From Mobula hypostoma (taxonomy: Eukaryota), in contig NC_086108.1 of NCBI RefSeq assembly GCF_963921235.1, forward strand, positions 14,756,001 to 14,820,000: a stretch of DNA of 64,000 nt, in the 5' to 3' direction. The position numbers were made by a program, and so were the translations under genes. Below the pieces are notes generated by a model that made no database searches, had not been told where the DNA came from, and saw nothing but the letters and a program-made list of their open reading frames with translations. Below, piece by piece: positions 34,827 through 48,873 of this stretch (positions within the stretch are counted from its first letter, which is position 1; every line of letters begins with the position of its first letter).

Positions 34827-37800
34827 CCACTTATGAGAAGAAGAAAGTTGAAAGGGGATGTGTAGGGTAAGAAGCTTTACACACTGGTGCCTGGAATGCA
34901 CTGCCTGGAGAGTCAAATGCAGAAGGGGTATTTAGGAGACCCTTAGATACATACATGAGTATGCAGAGATATGGAGTGTGTGTAGGCAGGAGGGATCAGG
35001 TGTTACTAGTTTGACACCACATGTAGGGCTGAAGGGACTGTTCCTGTGCTGTGTCCTAGACCCAGGACTCAGACAGGACAGTTTAGCTGTCCTGAGTTCA
35101 TTGGGAAACTTGTTGCCATTTCATCAGTGCACAGAAGGATGAAACTGCCCATTGACCATCTAATCCACTGCGGGGATGTAGGACTGACCAAATAAATTCC
35201 AGTCTGCAGCTCTGTTACTTTATACACAAACCATCCCTGTGAATAATCTCTCGTCTGTGACCCAGTCCTGTATTTGTGTATGCTGTCTGATGGTGAAACA
35301 ATGAGGTAGTGCACAGGGTGATGCAAAAGGGAAGCAGAAATGTCAGACAAGTCAGATGAACCCTTCAACAGGCTGCCATCATTGAAGCTACTTTCATTAA
35401 CTGTCCTCAGGAAGTGGGTATGATCATGACCATGAACAGATCTAACGATCTCTCTCCTCCTGATCTACCCAGCTCCTTCTCCAACACCCCCCCCCCAACC
35501 CCCAGCTCCCTATCACTCTGTTTAGTTCCTTTCCTCCAAACTTTGCATCTTCCCATCACCCACACCTCCTCCCACTGGTCCCCTTCCCCACAGTTCCCAT
35601 CTGCCCTCCCCACCTTCCTCACTTGGTTCCATGTCCCACTTTCCTCTCCTATCAGAATCCACCGTCTGCAGCCCTTTATCATCTCCACCCAGCCTCCTGC
35701 ATCTATCACATGCACCTCACCTGTATCTGCCTATTACCTGCCAAGCTCTTGCCCCACCTCTTCCCCTCACCTTTTTTCTACAGGCTATCTCCCCTCTCCT
35801 GTTTCAGACCAGATGAAGGGGTCTCCGCCCATAATATCAGTTGTCCACTTCCTTCCACAGACATTGCCCAATCCGCTGAAATCCTCCAGCTGTCTGTTTA
35901 AAGGGTTGTTTCATTCTAGTGTTCCAATCCAATGTGGCTAACATTTAAATCCTTATTTCCCCCTTTCATCACCTTAGAGCCTACTGTCATGCTGAGTCAG
36001 GTCTGGGCCTTGCAGAGCGGCATTTTCCTTCATGCAAGTCAGCATTATGAGTCAGAAAGCAGCCAAAACCAGGAGTGACTTCAGTCCAGCGCACGCTGGA
36101 GTCATCTGCCTGACAGATCAGTAATTTAACACAACTATGCTGCGTGGAGAAAGTAAAGAGAGGAACTGAAAACTGCAACAGACAGCATGGATCAGCAGAT
36201 AACAAGAATGGGAACTGATTTATTCAAATTAGCATATGTGCGGCCATCAAATGTTGGACCAGAGATTAGAAAGGAGATCTTCTAGTGTTCGCTGACATTG
36301 TAAATAGTTTGCATCTGCCCTTACAGATAAAGAGTACCTCTGGCTCATCACCACACAGAGAAGGAACACTCAGGTGGGACTGAGAACCTGCAGTGCATGG
36401 GTCAGGCCCTGGTCAATTGGTGAAAGAGTACACCATCTCACAAACTACCTGGCCGTGAGGGAAGAGTCTGCAGATCCCACTTTGTCCTCATCAGCCAAAG
36501 ATCGCCGGGAGGCAGCTGGGTTGTTGCACTTCTTCAGGGTGACTTTGAGCAATCATTACTCTGTCTTCCCACTGTCCTCTTCCCCCAATAGAGTGTGGTG
36601 TTAGGCATGCAAATTCAGTCTCTGTTCCCGCTTTTCACCATATTCCTTGATCATTCCTATCCTAAGTTTAACAATTCTTTACTGAACATATTTAATGCAA
36701 CACAGAACAATACAGCACACCACGTTGTGCCAAGTGCAGTCCTGAACTAAACTAAACCATTCCTGATATGTATCCCTCCATTTTCTACATATTCATGTGA
36801 ACCATCTAAGCCTGTAAATGCCACTATCATATTTGTTTACACCAGCACGTTCTAGGTACCCACCACTCTCTGTAAAATGTCTTGTCTCTTACCTCTCCTT
36901 TAAACTTTTCCTCTCTCATCTTAAATGTATGTCCATAGTATTTCTAATTAATGTCTCGGCTTTTAACTGTTATCAGGGATAGAGAATTCCACAGATTCAC
37001 CATTCTCTGGGTGAAGAGGTGTCTCCACATATCAGCCCTTCTCTTATGAGACCCCAGTTTGGAGACTCTCCATGCATCAGGAGCATTTTGTCCTGGGTCA
37101 AGATTCTTTGTAGATTGTTCATTGCTCCAAATTCCAGTATATGTGTCTCTTCTAGTTTCAAACTTGTCCAGTCCTGTTAGAATTTTGTACGTTTCTAAGA
37201 GATCCTCTGTCATTCTCCTAAATATCAGTGAATAAAAGCTTAATTAGCCCAATCTCTCTTGTATCAAACTTACTTTACCAGCAATCAGTTGGTGAACTCA
37301 ATCCCTTGTAAAATCATCCTTCCTCAGGTATAGAGACCAAAGCTACACACAATATTCAAGGTGTACAATTTCAGCAAGGTATCCCTGCTCCTAACCTCTG
37401 ACTCCCATCCACTACCACCATGAACAACTTGCCTTTGTCGCTGAGTGTTGCGCCTGCTTAAGGATATCCAGATCACTTCCATCTTTCCCAATCCATCCCC
37501 ATTCCAATAATACACTGCCTTCCTGTTATTGGCACCAAAGTCAATAACATCACATTCATCCATGATTTATGGCATCTGCACATATCTGCCCATTACATCA
37601 ACATGTCCAATCTTACCTACACCTTTTTCAAAGCTCACTCTCCGTCTCAGCCTTGTGTCCTCCACAAACTTGGAAATAATACATTTAGTTCCAAATCATT
37701 ATCAGTGCTGATTACTGTCCCACAGGTTACTCCTCGTCACAGCCAATGTCTCGCCTCGCTCCAAGTGGAATCTACAAGCAGCAATGCAGAACTGAATTGC

Positions 37801-38872
37801 TGCATTCCTGCAAAGGTGGGCTTCACTCCAGGAGTTCGCATGGAAATGTGTGCGGCTCCAATCTGGTGTTTTGAGGAGTGAGACTGCGATACCGTTTTCC
37901 CATCTGTGTTTTGATCTGGCCTCAAACCTGGGTCTTCTCTGGGTTATGGACAGAAGTAATGAACCCATCCGGCACAGGTGTTGGTGGAGTTGCAAGTGCG
38001 GATGGGGACGCTGTTGCAAGAGTGGTGGTGGTATTGGTGTTGCAGTGGTGATGTAGGGGTAAATGCTGGTGCTGGGGTAAATGGAGGGAGAGGGAGAGTG
38101 TATTGCCATTCCTTTGGTGAACTCTCAGGTCCAGTTGTCCTGGTGCCAGACCAAGGTCAGTTTATTGCCCTGCACCTCTCTTGGAAGAAGCATGGAAGGT
38201 CGGGGGAACAGACTGTCCACTGGACCATAGGCAATATTTGTCAAACGAAGTGGTGTAGCATGACCACACAGAGTGAGCTGCCCAAGTCCTGGAGCACACA
38301 GTGGTCAGACTGGGTCTATGGCAGGTGCTGAATGAGCCCCTCTGACATCGTCCTCACCTGTCTACCATAGCTCATGTACCTGTCCAGGTAGGAGTGACCT
38401 GCCACGTGGTCCGTTTGGACACCAAGTCCTGTTTCCACGCCAAAGCCACCCTCCACATAGTGTCATACTACAAACATAACTCAGACAGATCTGCTGTCTG
38501 TGGGCCATCAGCAGCAGCGATATCCACCACCTCAAGGAGCAGCACATTCCTCACTCTACCATTATCATCAGGTTAGGGGGTCAACAGGAGAGTGTGCTGG
38601 GAGCACTCAACTTCTCCACTGCAGGTATACGGTCTTGTTTCTGCAGAGCACTCGCAAGCACTTGGCAGAAACAACGCTCAACTGTGCACTGATGATGTCA
38701 CCTCGACATGGCCTCCAGGCTCGGCGAACAACCCTACAAATATAGAGCAGGATTCTCTGCAACATGTAAGACACCCAAACATTCAGCTGGGGGGAGTGGG
38801 TGATAGACAGATGGCAGAGCAGAGAGGGACAATAGCAACAGAGGCTGCGAGGAGATGGATGGAAATGACAAA

Positions 38873-40240
38873 GAATCAGAATCAGGTTTAATATTACTGG
38901 CACATCATGAAATTTGATGTCTTTGTGGCAGCAGCACAATGCAATGCATAGTAATAGAGGGAAAAAATGTGAACTACAGTAAATATATATGTAATAGTTA
39001 AATAGATAGTGCAAAAATAGAAATTAAAATGTAGTGAGAGAGTGTTCATTGTCCATTCAGTAATGGATTGCAGAGAGCAAGAAGCTGTTCCTGAATCATT
39101 GAGTGTGTGCCTTCAGGCTTTCGTACCTCCTTCCTGATGGTAGCAATGAGAACAAGACATGACCTGGGTGATAGGAGTCTTTAATGCTGGATGCTGCCTT
39201 TTTTGAGGCATCGCTCCTTGAAGATGTCCTGAATACTACAGAGGCTGGTGCCCATGATGGAGCTGACTGAGTTTATTTTACTCCGTAGCTTATTTTGATT
39301 CTGTGCAGTAACCGCCCCCCCCCAATAAAACAGACAGTGACGCAGTCAGTTAATATGCTCTCCACAGTACATCTGTAGAAACTTGTGACTGTCTTAGGTG
39401 ACATACCAAATCTCCTCAAACTCCTAATGAAATATAGCTGCTGTCTTGCCTTCTTAGTAGCTACATCAATATGCTGGATGCAGGACAGATCCTCAGAGAT
39501 ATTGACACCCAGGAACTTGAAAATGCTCACTCTTTCCACTTCTGATCCCTCTACGAGGAGTAGTGTGAGTTCCCTCGTCTTATCCTTTCTGAAGTCCATG
39601 ATCAGTTCTTTGGTCAAACTGACATTGAGTACACGATTTTACTGCGACACCACTCAACCAGCTGAACACCACCCTCTCAACACCATCGGAAATTCTGCCA
39701 ACAATAGTTGTATCGTCAGAAAGCTTATAGATGACATTTGAGGTGTGCCAGGCACACAGTCATGGGTGTACAGAGAGTAGAGCAGTGGGCTAAGCACACA
39801 TCCGTGAGTGTGCCAGTGTTGATTGTCAGTGGGATTGAGATGTTATCTCCAATCTGCATCAATTGTGGTCTTCTGGTTAGGAAGTTAAGGATCCAGTTGC
39901 AGAGGGAGATACAGAGGCCCAAATTCTGGAGCATTTTGTAGGAATGGTGTTAAACATTGAGCTGTAGTCAATAAACAGCAACCTGACATAGGTATTTGTG
40001 TTGTCCAGGTAATCCAAGGCCACATGGAGAACCAGTGAGGTCACATCCACCGTAGCCTGTTGCGACAATAGGCAAATTGCAGTGGGTCCAGGTCCTTGCT
40101 GAGAGAGGAGTTAATTCTAGCCATATCCAACCTCTCAAAGCACTTCATTACTGTAGATGAGAGTGCTACTGGACGATAGTTGTTAAGGGACCTCACCCCG
40201 TTGTTCTTGGGAACTGATATAATTGTTGCTTTTAAAGCAG
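38873..40240 (-). mobile_element. Rex1/Babar LINE, degraded
   Basis: [26 protein letters not shown] and TKELIMDFRK motifs; agaatcagaatcag tail. Confidence 0.85.
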
Positions 40241-40609
40241 GTGGGGTGAAGCAAAGGGCTGCATATGGTGCAATCTGATAGGAGAGGAAGTTGGAGCATG
40301 GAACCAAGGGAGGACAGATAGGAACACGGGGGGTGAGAGATCCTCCAGATCCCAGCATCTGCATTCTCTTTTGTCTCCAAAATGTGGGAACAAATTAATA
40401 AACAAGTCGTAACTAGTGCGGTACCACAGGTATCCGTTATTCACAATCCATATCAATGTGTGTCTGAGTGGGTGAACTTTCTGATTTCTAAGCTGATACT
40501 AAACCAAGTGGGACTGGAGTATGCAGTAGGATGGAGAGAGGAATCAACGGGGCACCGATAAACTGAGTGAGTGGATGAGAATACTGCATATCTAGTACTC
40601 ATTTTGTCT

Positions 40610-42630
40610 TCGTTACTGTCAGTTAATTTATTGTTGACCAGAATTGATTGGAAAAGAACACTGGCAGGGATGATGGCAGAGCAGCAATGGCTGAAATTTC
40701 TGGAAGCAATTCAGAAGGCACAGGATATATACATCCTAAAGAGGAAGAAGTATTCTAAAGGAAAGATGACACAATTATGGCTAACAACTGAAGTCAAAGC
40801 CACCACAAAAGCCAAAGAAAAGGATATAATAGAGCAAAAATTAGTGGGAAGTTAGAGGATTGGGAAGCTCTTAAAAACCAATAGAAGACGACTAAAAGAA
40901 AGTAAAGATGGAATATGAAAGTAAGCTAGTCAATAATATTAAAGAGAATACCAACATTTTTTCAGATGCATAAAGTGCAAAAAGAGGCAAGAATCGATAT
41001 CAGACTGCTGGAAAACGATGCTGGAGAGGTAGTAATGGGGGACAATGAAATGTCAGACAAACTGAATGAGTATTTTGCATCTGTCTTAGTATGTGAAGTT
41101 ACCATAAATAAGGAGAAGATTCTTGGGGAAAACGAAAGAGCTGGACCAGGTGCTCCAAGGTTCTGAAGGAGGTAGCTGAAAAGATTGTGAAGACATTAGT
41201 AATGATCTTTCAAGAATCAATAGATTATGGAATGGTCTTGGAAGACTGGAAAATTACAAATGTCATTCCACTCTTCAAGAAGGGAGAGAGGCAGAAGAAA
41301 GGAAACTATAGACCAGTTAGTCTGGCCTCAGCGAATGAGATGTTGGGAGTCAATTATTAAGGATAATTAAATAGGCCATAGTCAGCATGGTTTCCTTAAA
41401 GGAAAATCTTGCCTTACAAAGCTTTTAGAATTCTTTCAAGAAATAACAAGCAGGATAGACAAGGAAGAATCGGATGATGTTGTGTACTTGGATTTTCAGA
41501 AGGCCTTTCACAAGATGCCACACATGAGGCTGTTTTACAAGCTACGAGCCCATGGCATTACAGGAAATAATTTAGCATGGATAAAGCAGTGGTTGATTGG
41601 CAGGAGGCAAGGAGTGGGAATAAAGGAAGCCTTTCAGGTTGGCTGCCGGTGACTAGTGGTGTGCCATGGGGTCTGTGCTGGGATTGATTCATTTTATGTT
41701 ATTTGTCAATGATTTGGATGATGGAATTGGTGACTTTGTTGAAAAGTTTGCAGACAATATAAAGATGGCTTGAGGTGCAGATAGTTTTGAGGAAGTAGAG
41801 AGGCTACAGGAGGACTTAGATTAGGAGAATGAGCAAAGAACTGGCAGATGAAATACAATGTTGGGAAGTATATGGTCATGCATTTTGGAAAAAGAAATGA
41901 AAGGGTAGACGGTTTTCTAAATGGAGAGAAAATACAAAAATCTGAGGCGCAAGGGGACTTGGGAGTCCTTGTGCAGGATTCCCTGAAGGTTAATTTGCAG
42001 GTTGAGTCAGTGGTGAGGAAGGCAAATGTGACATCAGCAGTCATTTTGAGAGGACTAGAATACAAAAGCAAGGGTGTATTGCTGAGACTTTATAAAGCAC
42101 TGTGGGGCCTCATTTGGAGTATTGTGAGCAGTTTTGGGCCCTTATCTTAGAAAGGATGTGCAAAAACTGGAGTGGGTTCAAAGGTGGTTCACAAAAATAA
42201 TTCCAGGATTGAAAGACTGGTCATATGAAGAGTGTTTGATGGTTCTGGGCCTATATTCACTAGAATTTAGAAGAATGAAGAGTGATCTCATTGAAACTTA
42301 TTGAATGGTGAAAGGCCATGATAGAGTGGATGTGAAGAGAATGTTTCCTAACAGCAGAGGACACACCCTCAGAATAGAGGGTCATCCTTTTAGAACAGAA
42401 ATGAGGACGAATTTCTTTAGCCAGAGAGCGGTGTATCAGTGGAATCCAAGTCATTAGGTATATTTAAGGCAGAGGTTGATAGATTCTTGATTGGTCAGGG
42501 CATGAAGGGATATTGGGAGAAGGCAGGAGATTGGGTCTGAAAGGGAAATTGGATCAGGCATGATGAAATCGTGGAGCAGACCCGATGGGCCAAATGGCCT
42601 AATTCTGCTCCTATATCTTATGGTCTTATG
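40610..42630 (+). mobile_element. CR1 LINE, same subfamily as 12005-14260
   Basis: RT motifs throughout; tail atcttatggtcttatg. Confidence 0.85.
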
Positions 42631-45600
42631 ATATTATAATCAAAAACACGGATATGTCCCAGGTTGCTGGCGATGACACTAGTGTGGAATAGTTAACCCC
42701 TCCATGGGAAAGGACATGGAATCCTGCAGATGGCAGCAACATATCAAACTCACGCACTATCTTTCGCAAGAATCCAGATTCTGTTTGACAGTAACTCACC
42801 AAGTCTGCGTGAGACTTCGGCAGCAAGAGGGGAGGGGATAGGGAACAGGAATAGGAATAATTCTTTGCGAGAACACATAGGCTGGTGGGTCAATGACGTC
42901 AATAAATCCTGAAAACTTATCACAAGACTGGCCAGCAGATTTTGTGTCAGATATTTGTTGCTGAGGCTGCCTTCCTCTGTACACAGCAGGCTGTGATTAA
43001 GATCTGCCTACTTTCTTATTACTTTGCAAGCCCAGTACCATCAACTGGCCTGACCTTAGCCCTTTTATGACACTTGCCAAGTTACTCACAGCAGAAGAAT
43101 TTGCACTGTGAACTTCATGGGAATGTTCTATATCAAACACAGTAAAACTAAAACCTTTGAACATATTAAGATAATTTTGGTGTGAAGGTAGCCAGGATTC
43201 AGGGATAGAGGAGTGGTGATGGGGTGGTATCTTGCCTCTGGTGGTGGGGGAGGGTGGTATCTTGCCTCTGGCAATGGTGTCACGGTTATCTGACAGACTC
43301 CAGGGTAGGAGTTACAAAAATTGCCTGCTGTGCATGATTTGTGTTGTCAGTATTTAGTACAACTCACAAAATAAAGCCAGTAATTCACATAATGCAGCTA
43401 GAAATAATTAGATTCCAATTGACCAAACATGCACACTACATTTTTGGGAAGTCTGGATAACCTCAATAAAACCCATTCAGATGCAAAAGCAATGGAGATG
43501 TAAATCTCCTTCCCAGATGAAAGCCAAGTTACATTCTTCACTATTGTTCTAAACTCTCATGACCAACAGAAAATCAATGGTGCAAAATTTATCAAATCAG
43601 GTTTTTTCCATGTCCACAGCCCTGTTACATAAACTGTGGTTTAAAAGGATCTGAGGCACAAGTTTTTCACACAGAAGGGTGATGGGCAGATGGAATGAGC
43701 TACCGGAGAAATGGTAGAGGCAAATGCAATTGTAATGTTTAGACAGGTACACGGATAATAAATGCTTAGAGGGATATGGACCAAGCACGGACAAAGGGGA
43801 CTAGCTTAGACTAACTAGAACCTTGGGGAAGCACCTTGATCTGCATGGACAAGATGGGCCAAAGGGCCTGTTTCTGTGCTATATTCCTCTATGACACTAT
43901 AACAGTACAGCAGCAGAAAAGGCTCTTCAGCCCACCATGAAGAGGGAAAGAGGAACTTGGGATCCAAGTCCAGAGATCCCTCAAAGTTTCTGCACAAGTT
44001 TATAGGGTGGTTAAAGCGTATGGTGCACTGGTCTTCATTAGTCAGGGGACTGCGTTCAAGAGCTGCAAGATAATGTACCGGCTCTATAAAACTCTAGTTA
44101 GCCCATTATTATGTTCAGTTCCATTTGTTTCATTATGGGAAGGATATAGAAGCTTGAGAGAGGGTGCAGGGATTAACCAGGATGCTGCCTGGATTAGAGG
44201 CCATGTCTTATGAGCAAAAGTTGAGCAAGCCAGGGTTTTTTCTCTTTGGAGTGACAGAAGATGAGAGGTGACCTGATAGAGATGTCTAAGATTATGAGAG
44301 GCATAGCTTATGAGTGGATAGCCAGCACCTTTTGCCCAGGGTGGCAGTGACCAAATACATAGGGCATCCATTAAAGGTGAGTGGAGAAAAATTTAGGGGA
44401 GATGTCAGACATAGAGTTGTTTACAGAGAGAGCTGGGTTCCTGGAACACACTGACTGCCAGCCAGGACTGGTGGTAATGACTGATACAATAGGGGCACTG
44501 AAAAGATTTTTGATAAGCACTTGGATGTAAGAAAAATGGTGTGTTATGGGCTGTGTGGAAGGGAAGGGTTATTAGATTGATTGTGGAGTGTGTCTCTAAA
44601 GGTCAGCACATCATAGGCCAGGGGGCCTGCACTGTTCTATGCCTGTGCCAGTTCAAATTAATCCCGTCTGCCTGCATGTGGTCTATGTCCCTCCAACTGC
44701 TATCTGTACGTCTGTCTGTCTAATTGACTTCTATCTGTCAGAAGCAGACATCTGGGTTGGCAGAGGCTGAGGGGAGACCTGACAGAAGTTTACAAAAGAT
44801 GTGAGGCACAGGTGGGGTAGACAACTATAACCTTTTTCCCAGGGTAGAAATGTCAAGTACCAGAAGTCATGCATCTAAGGTGAGAGGGGGGAAAGTTTAC
44901 AGGGAAAATGCTGAGGCAGAGAGAGTGTTGGGTGCCTAGAACAGGCTGCCAGGGGTGGTGGTGACATTGGAAAAGCTGTTGTATAGATACATGAATATCC
45001 AGAAAACAGAGATATGGATTATGTACAGTACAGGCAGAAGGAATTTGATTACTTTGTCTTGTTCAGTGTAGACATGGTGACCCAAAGGGCCTGTTCTTGT
45101 CCTGTACCATTCTACACTGTATTTTGAATGTTCTGTGTGCCCAGAGAGTGTCAGTATGTCAGTTCCTCTTACCTTTCGCAATAAAGTGCTGTCACTTATC
45201 AAATGAGAAAGGTGGGAGATTAATTTGCGCAGTTGACTGAGTCTTCAGGGTTGGATGGCTGTCTGTCACTCCAACACTGACAATACAAAACACCTCCCCA
45301 GAAAACTCGGCGAGAATGGAAGAAGCCATTGTTACAAATGGAATATTCAGCCCCTCAAACAGCAGGATAAACGGGAATTTCCTTGGTTCTTCTGGTTCAA
45401 AATTTTACATCTGCTCCTGCACTCCACTACCCCCCCCCGTCAACACCAACCTCTGCCTAAATTCTGCTCCTGCATCACAAGTGCCTGCTCCAAATATCCT
45501 TTGCTGACTATAGAAAGCTCTGTGATGGTCAGAGCTAGACATAAGGGCATTGTAAATAGCAGATCCTCGCTGCCACAATACAGAAAGAACTCTCTTGGTA

Positions 45601-47889
45601 GTAAGAGAAAGATTAACTGGCACCTTTCACAACCTCCCAATCCCCCCAAAACACTGGGCCCCCAATTATTCAGTAGGAATCTTCCCAGCTACATTATCTG
45701 TTGTAGTATTGATCCAAGACACGGAGAATAGAAATAAAGGGCAGGACAATCACCCTTCAATACTGCGCCCCCATTCAATGCAATCATGCTGATGAATTTC
45801 AATATTGTACCTTATCTCAACATCCCCGACTCCCTTTTATGGCTAGAAATACCTCTTTCCTAAATGTATTCAGCTATGTGATCTCTACATCCTACGGCGG
45901 GAGAAAATTCCAAAGGTTTCCTTCTTTCCATGTGATGGAAACCCTCCCCAATCCAGTCCTAAGTGCCTCACCCTATATGCTGAGATAGCGGTCCCAGTTT
46001 CTAAACCTCCATCCGGGTAAGGCATCAATTTGTCCTGTCTTGTCAAAAGTGTGCATGTTTGAACTCCGGGGCTTTTGGCTTGGAGAAGATTTTAAAAAAA
46101 GACGAGGAGGAATGCAGGAGTGAGATAGAGGGGTTGCCTGATCGAATGGTGTCACAACAACCACCTCACGCTGAGACCAAGTCTGATTGTAGCTGTCAGG
46201 AAGGGGAAGTCAGGAGAACACACACAACTGCTCCTTGGGAGGTGGGTGGGGGGGGGGGGAAGGTTTAGCATGGAAAGGGTGAGCAGCAGCAAAGTTCCTG
46301 GGCATCAACATCTCACAGAATCTTCCTGGGCCCAATACTTTAATGAAATCATGAAGCAGGCACAACAGCGGCTCTACTTCAATAGAAGTTTGAGGAAATT
46401 CAATACTCTTGCAAAGACTCTTGCAGATTTCTTCAGCTGTGCAGTGGGAAAGCATTTGGATAGTTGGCAACACAGCTTGGTATGGAGGCTCTAATGCTCA
46501 GGATGACCAAGCTCCAGAGAGTTGTAGACTCAAGTATTTCCATCAAGGGCACAACCTTTCCTACCCTCTGTCTCACGGAGGCACTGTCCATTACTATGTA
46601 CCATTGGCTGGCATCCTTCTGTCTCGAAGGACAGTGGGTGGTGATGATCAACATCGCAAGCCTGGGCAGAAGATCCTGAGATGCCCAGTCGCCAAGATCT
46701 CCCTCTCACCTCACCAGTGTAGTCCAAAGAATAGCTTACGAAACAATACCACTGGCACCAGCTTGGCTGCAGGAGCTGCCAGAAGGATGTTCAGTGACAT
46801 CCAGCTGTCTTGGGGGCTCCACTCCGGATTTTCTGTCCAGATTTACTCCAGTAGCCTTCATCTCTCGCAAGGCTGCCCACAACCTTGATATTTTTCATGC
46901 ACTATTTATTTTTGTAGTTTATAATAATGGTTTTGCACCGTTCTGCTGCCTCAAAACAACGAATCTCACATTAGATAAGTCAGTAATAATAAATATAATT
47001 CCGACTGCGTGAGTGAGTTTACCAGCGTCGTTAAGAGGGTTCAAGTCAGGCTAGTTGATCGCAGTGAAGGCTGTAAAGTAATAATTATACAGACCTGAAT
47101 CGCAGAAAAGTTTGACAGTTAATCAGAAGACAGCACTTCCGACAAAACTGTGCTTAGGCAACAGGGAGGAGGGCCGTAATACTGTATTGTGAAACGATCA
47201 CTTAAACGACAGCGGTGCTAATAAGTCGGGTTCTGAGGAACAGGAAACCCAATGAATTTCCCATCCGTGATCTGAGAGCATTTGATTTGTTTCTTATTTG
47301 TAACACCGCAATCCTCTTATCTAATTCCACGAAATCTATTGCATTACTGAGCGAGAATTACACGCTGCGGATTTAAACCGCAACGGATTATTTTAAATAA
47401 ACTCAAGTGCTCAGGATGTTCTGCCAGTGCTGTTCCAAACTGAAGTTTCAGATTAAAAACAATACTGTGCGAATGCTCCCGACCCAAACTTTGGGAGGGA
47501 GATGTTTTACAAACAATGCACGCTTCACATGATGCTATGCAACTAATATTTGGGACTAATTTGATAACGGGCCAAACGTGAGAAGTAACGAGGTTCTGCA
47601 AAGACTGTCCTAGGCACCCAACCTTTGCAACTGGGGAAAAGGAAAATCACCGAATTTACTGACACGGAGTGGGACGAGTTCAGATTTTCTTGCTTTTGCC
47701 CAGATGCTAATCTACGTGTTCTATTTCTGCATCTTATGCAATACAACAAGGGCCCTTTGGTCGCAGAAATTTCCACGAATCGGAAGCACAGCGGAGAGGA
47801 GGGGAGGAAAGATGGAGGGGGATGGAACATGAGGGGGGAACAGAGCAACAGCAGCCAGGAGGGGAGGTACTAGCAACTCCCAGAGACTG

Positions 47890-47985
47890 AACACCACCCA
47901 ATGACTGCAGCACAAGGGCTGGCCCGCGCAGCATCACATCCTGGCAGCACCTGGGCAGATCCCCGGACTCTATGTTATAAATGCA
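47890..47985 (+). promoter_or_regulatory. GLUL: GLUL core promoter: CCAAT (47898-47902) and TATAAA (47976-47981); predicted TSS about 48005-48010
   Basis: Canonical CCAAT-TATA spacing at the 5' edge of a CpG-rich region upstream of the first coding exons. Confidence 0.65.
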
Positions 47986-48004
47986 ACTCCCAGGGCCGTT
48001 TGCA

Positions 48005-48067
48005 CGGCAGCCGAATGAAAAGCTGCAAGGGTGAATTGAAGAGTGAACAGTGCCTGCAAGTTTAAAG
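48005..48067 (+). other. GLUL: Putative non-coding first exon of GLUL
   Basis: Starts ~25-30 nt after TATA; candidate donors AAG|gtacag (48067/8) or AGG|gtgaat (48030/1); boundaries uncertain. Confidence 0.35.
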
Positions 48068-48308
48068 GTACAGTCGTCACGGGCAACTACTGGGAGCAGT
48101 GGTTCTCTACAACCCCCCCCCCCCACACCACCTCCTATCTCAGGGGAGCAGACAGCAGCTAACAACCTGAGCCTCTCTGCGGGAGTTACTAGCTCCTAGT
48201 GTGCCTGTTTTATCGATGCTTTTATCTTGGGTCGGCGCTTTTACTGGTTAAAAAGCCCATGTACTTGTAATAATTGGGAATTTTGTTTTGTAGTATTTTT
48301 GGTGAAGG

Positions 48309-48386
48309 ATGCGGATCTCTCGATGTGTCCTGTTTCTGGTAAAAAAAATCGGTAATAGCAAGCCGACGATATGGCGGAATCAACAT
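48309..48386 (+). CDS. GLUL: Alternative GLUL exon (whole exon 48294-48386) encoding mitochondrial presequence MRISRCVLFLVKKIGNSKPTIWRNQH, continuing TYK-MATS in the next exon
   Basis: ttttgttttgtag acceptor, CAT|gtaggt donor, phase 0 into ACC TAC AAG ATG at 48874; basic peptide with no acidic residues; closely resembles the recalled spiny dogfish GS presequence ending PTIWRNQHTYK. Confidence 0.88.
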
Positions 48387-48873
48387 GTAGGTTGATGTTC
48401 AGTCCAATTAGACGTTAGGGATCTTGTGAAAATCGGTCGCTTGGTGGCGGGGTGGTGGGGAGGTGTGCATGATTTGCATGGCAGGGTGTGATCCAGGAAT
48501 TTAATTTGCGGGTTTGATCAAGAGTGCGGCCAGAAAAATGATTGCGGGATTGATCAGGGTGAAGCCAGAAATTAGCCGCGTCCGGGCTGGGCTGCAGTGC
48601 TTCAGTGTAGATGGGACGGGGTGGGCTGCATGCTTCGGTTGCTGGGGTGCATGTACGGTGCTGGTCGCCCTAGCCGGTGCCGTGCAGGACTGCGGAGTGG
48701 ACCAGACCAGACCAGACTTGCACAGCGGAGCCGGGAGCCGGCAGCCCGCCCCCTCCCCCCAGTTTCTTTGTTGGCCGGCCGGCGTGCGCGGTGCGCCCTG
48801 CCGCCCCCACCTCCACCCCCTCCCCCCCCTCCCCCCGACAGAGGCTAACCAGTGTGCCTTCTTTCCCCTGCAG

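Noticed and set aside
37815..38770. GC-richer segment resembling decayed coding or L1/Tx1 sequence
   Set aside because: No motif could be assigned with confidence
43221..43271. 20-bp direct repeat gggtggtatcttgcctctgg, two copies
   Set aside because: Simple local duplication with no further structure
47408..47422. Possible glucocorticoid response element (tgctcaggatgttct) upstream of GLUL
   Set aside because: Only one good half-site; expected by chance
26900..47800. ZNF648 or another gene between the channel and GLUL
   Set aside because: No C2H2 zinc-finger ORF or convincing exon chain found; the ORF at 45255-45731 has no recognisable homology
48514..48873. N-terminal part of the 213-aa ORF as a GS extension
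   Set aside because: Non-ATG start reading through GC-rich intron; a strong branch point and acceptor precede 48874, and the real extension comes from the 48294-48386 exon
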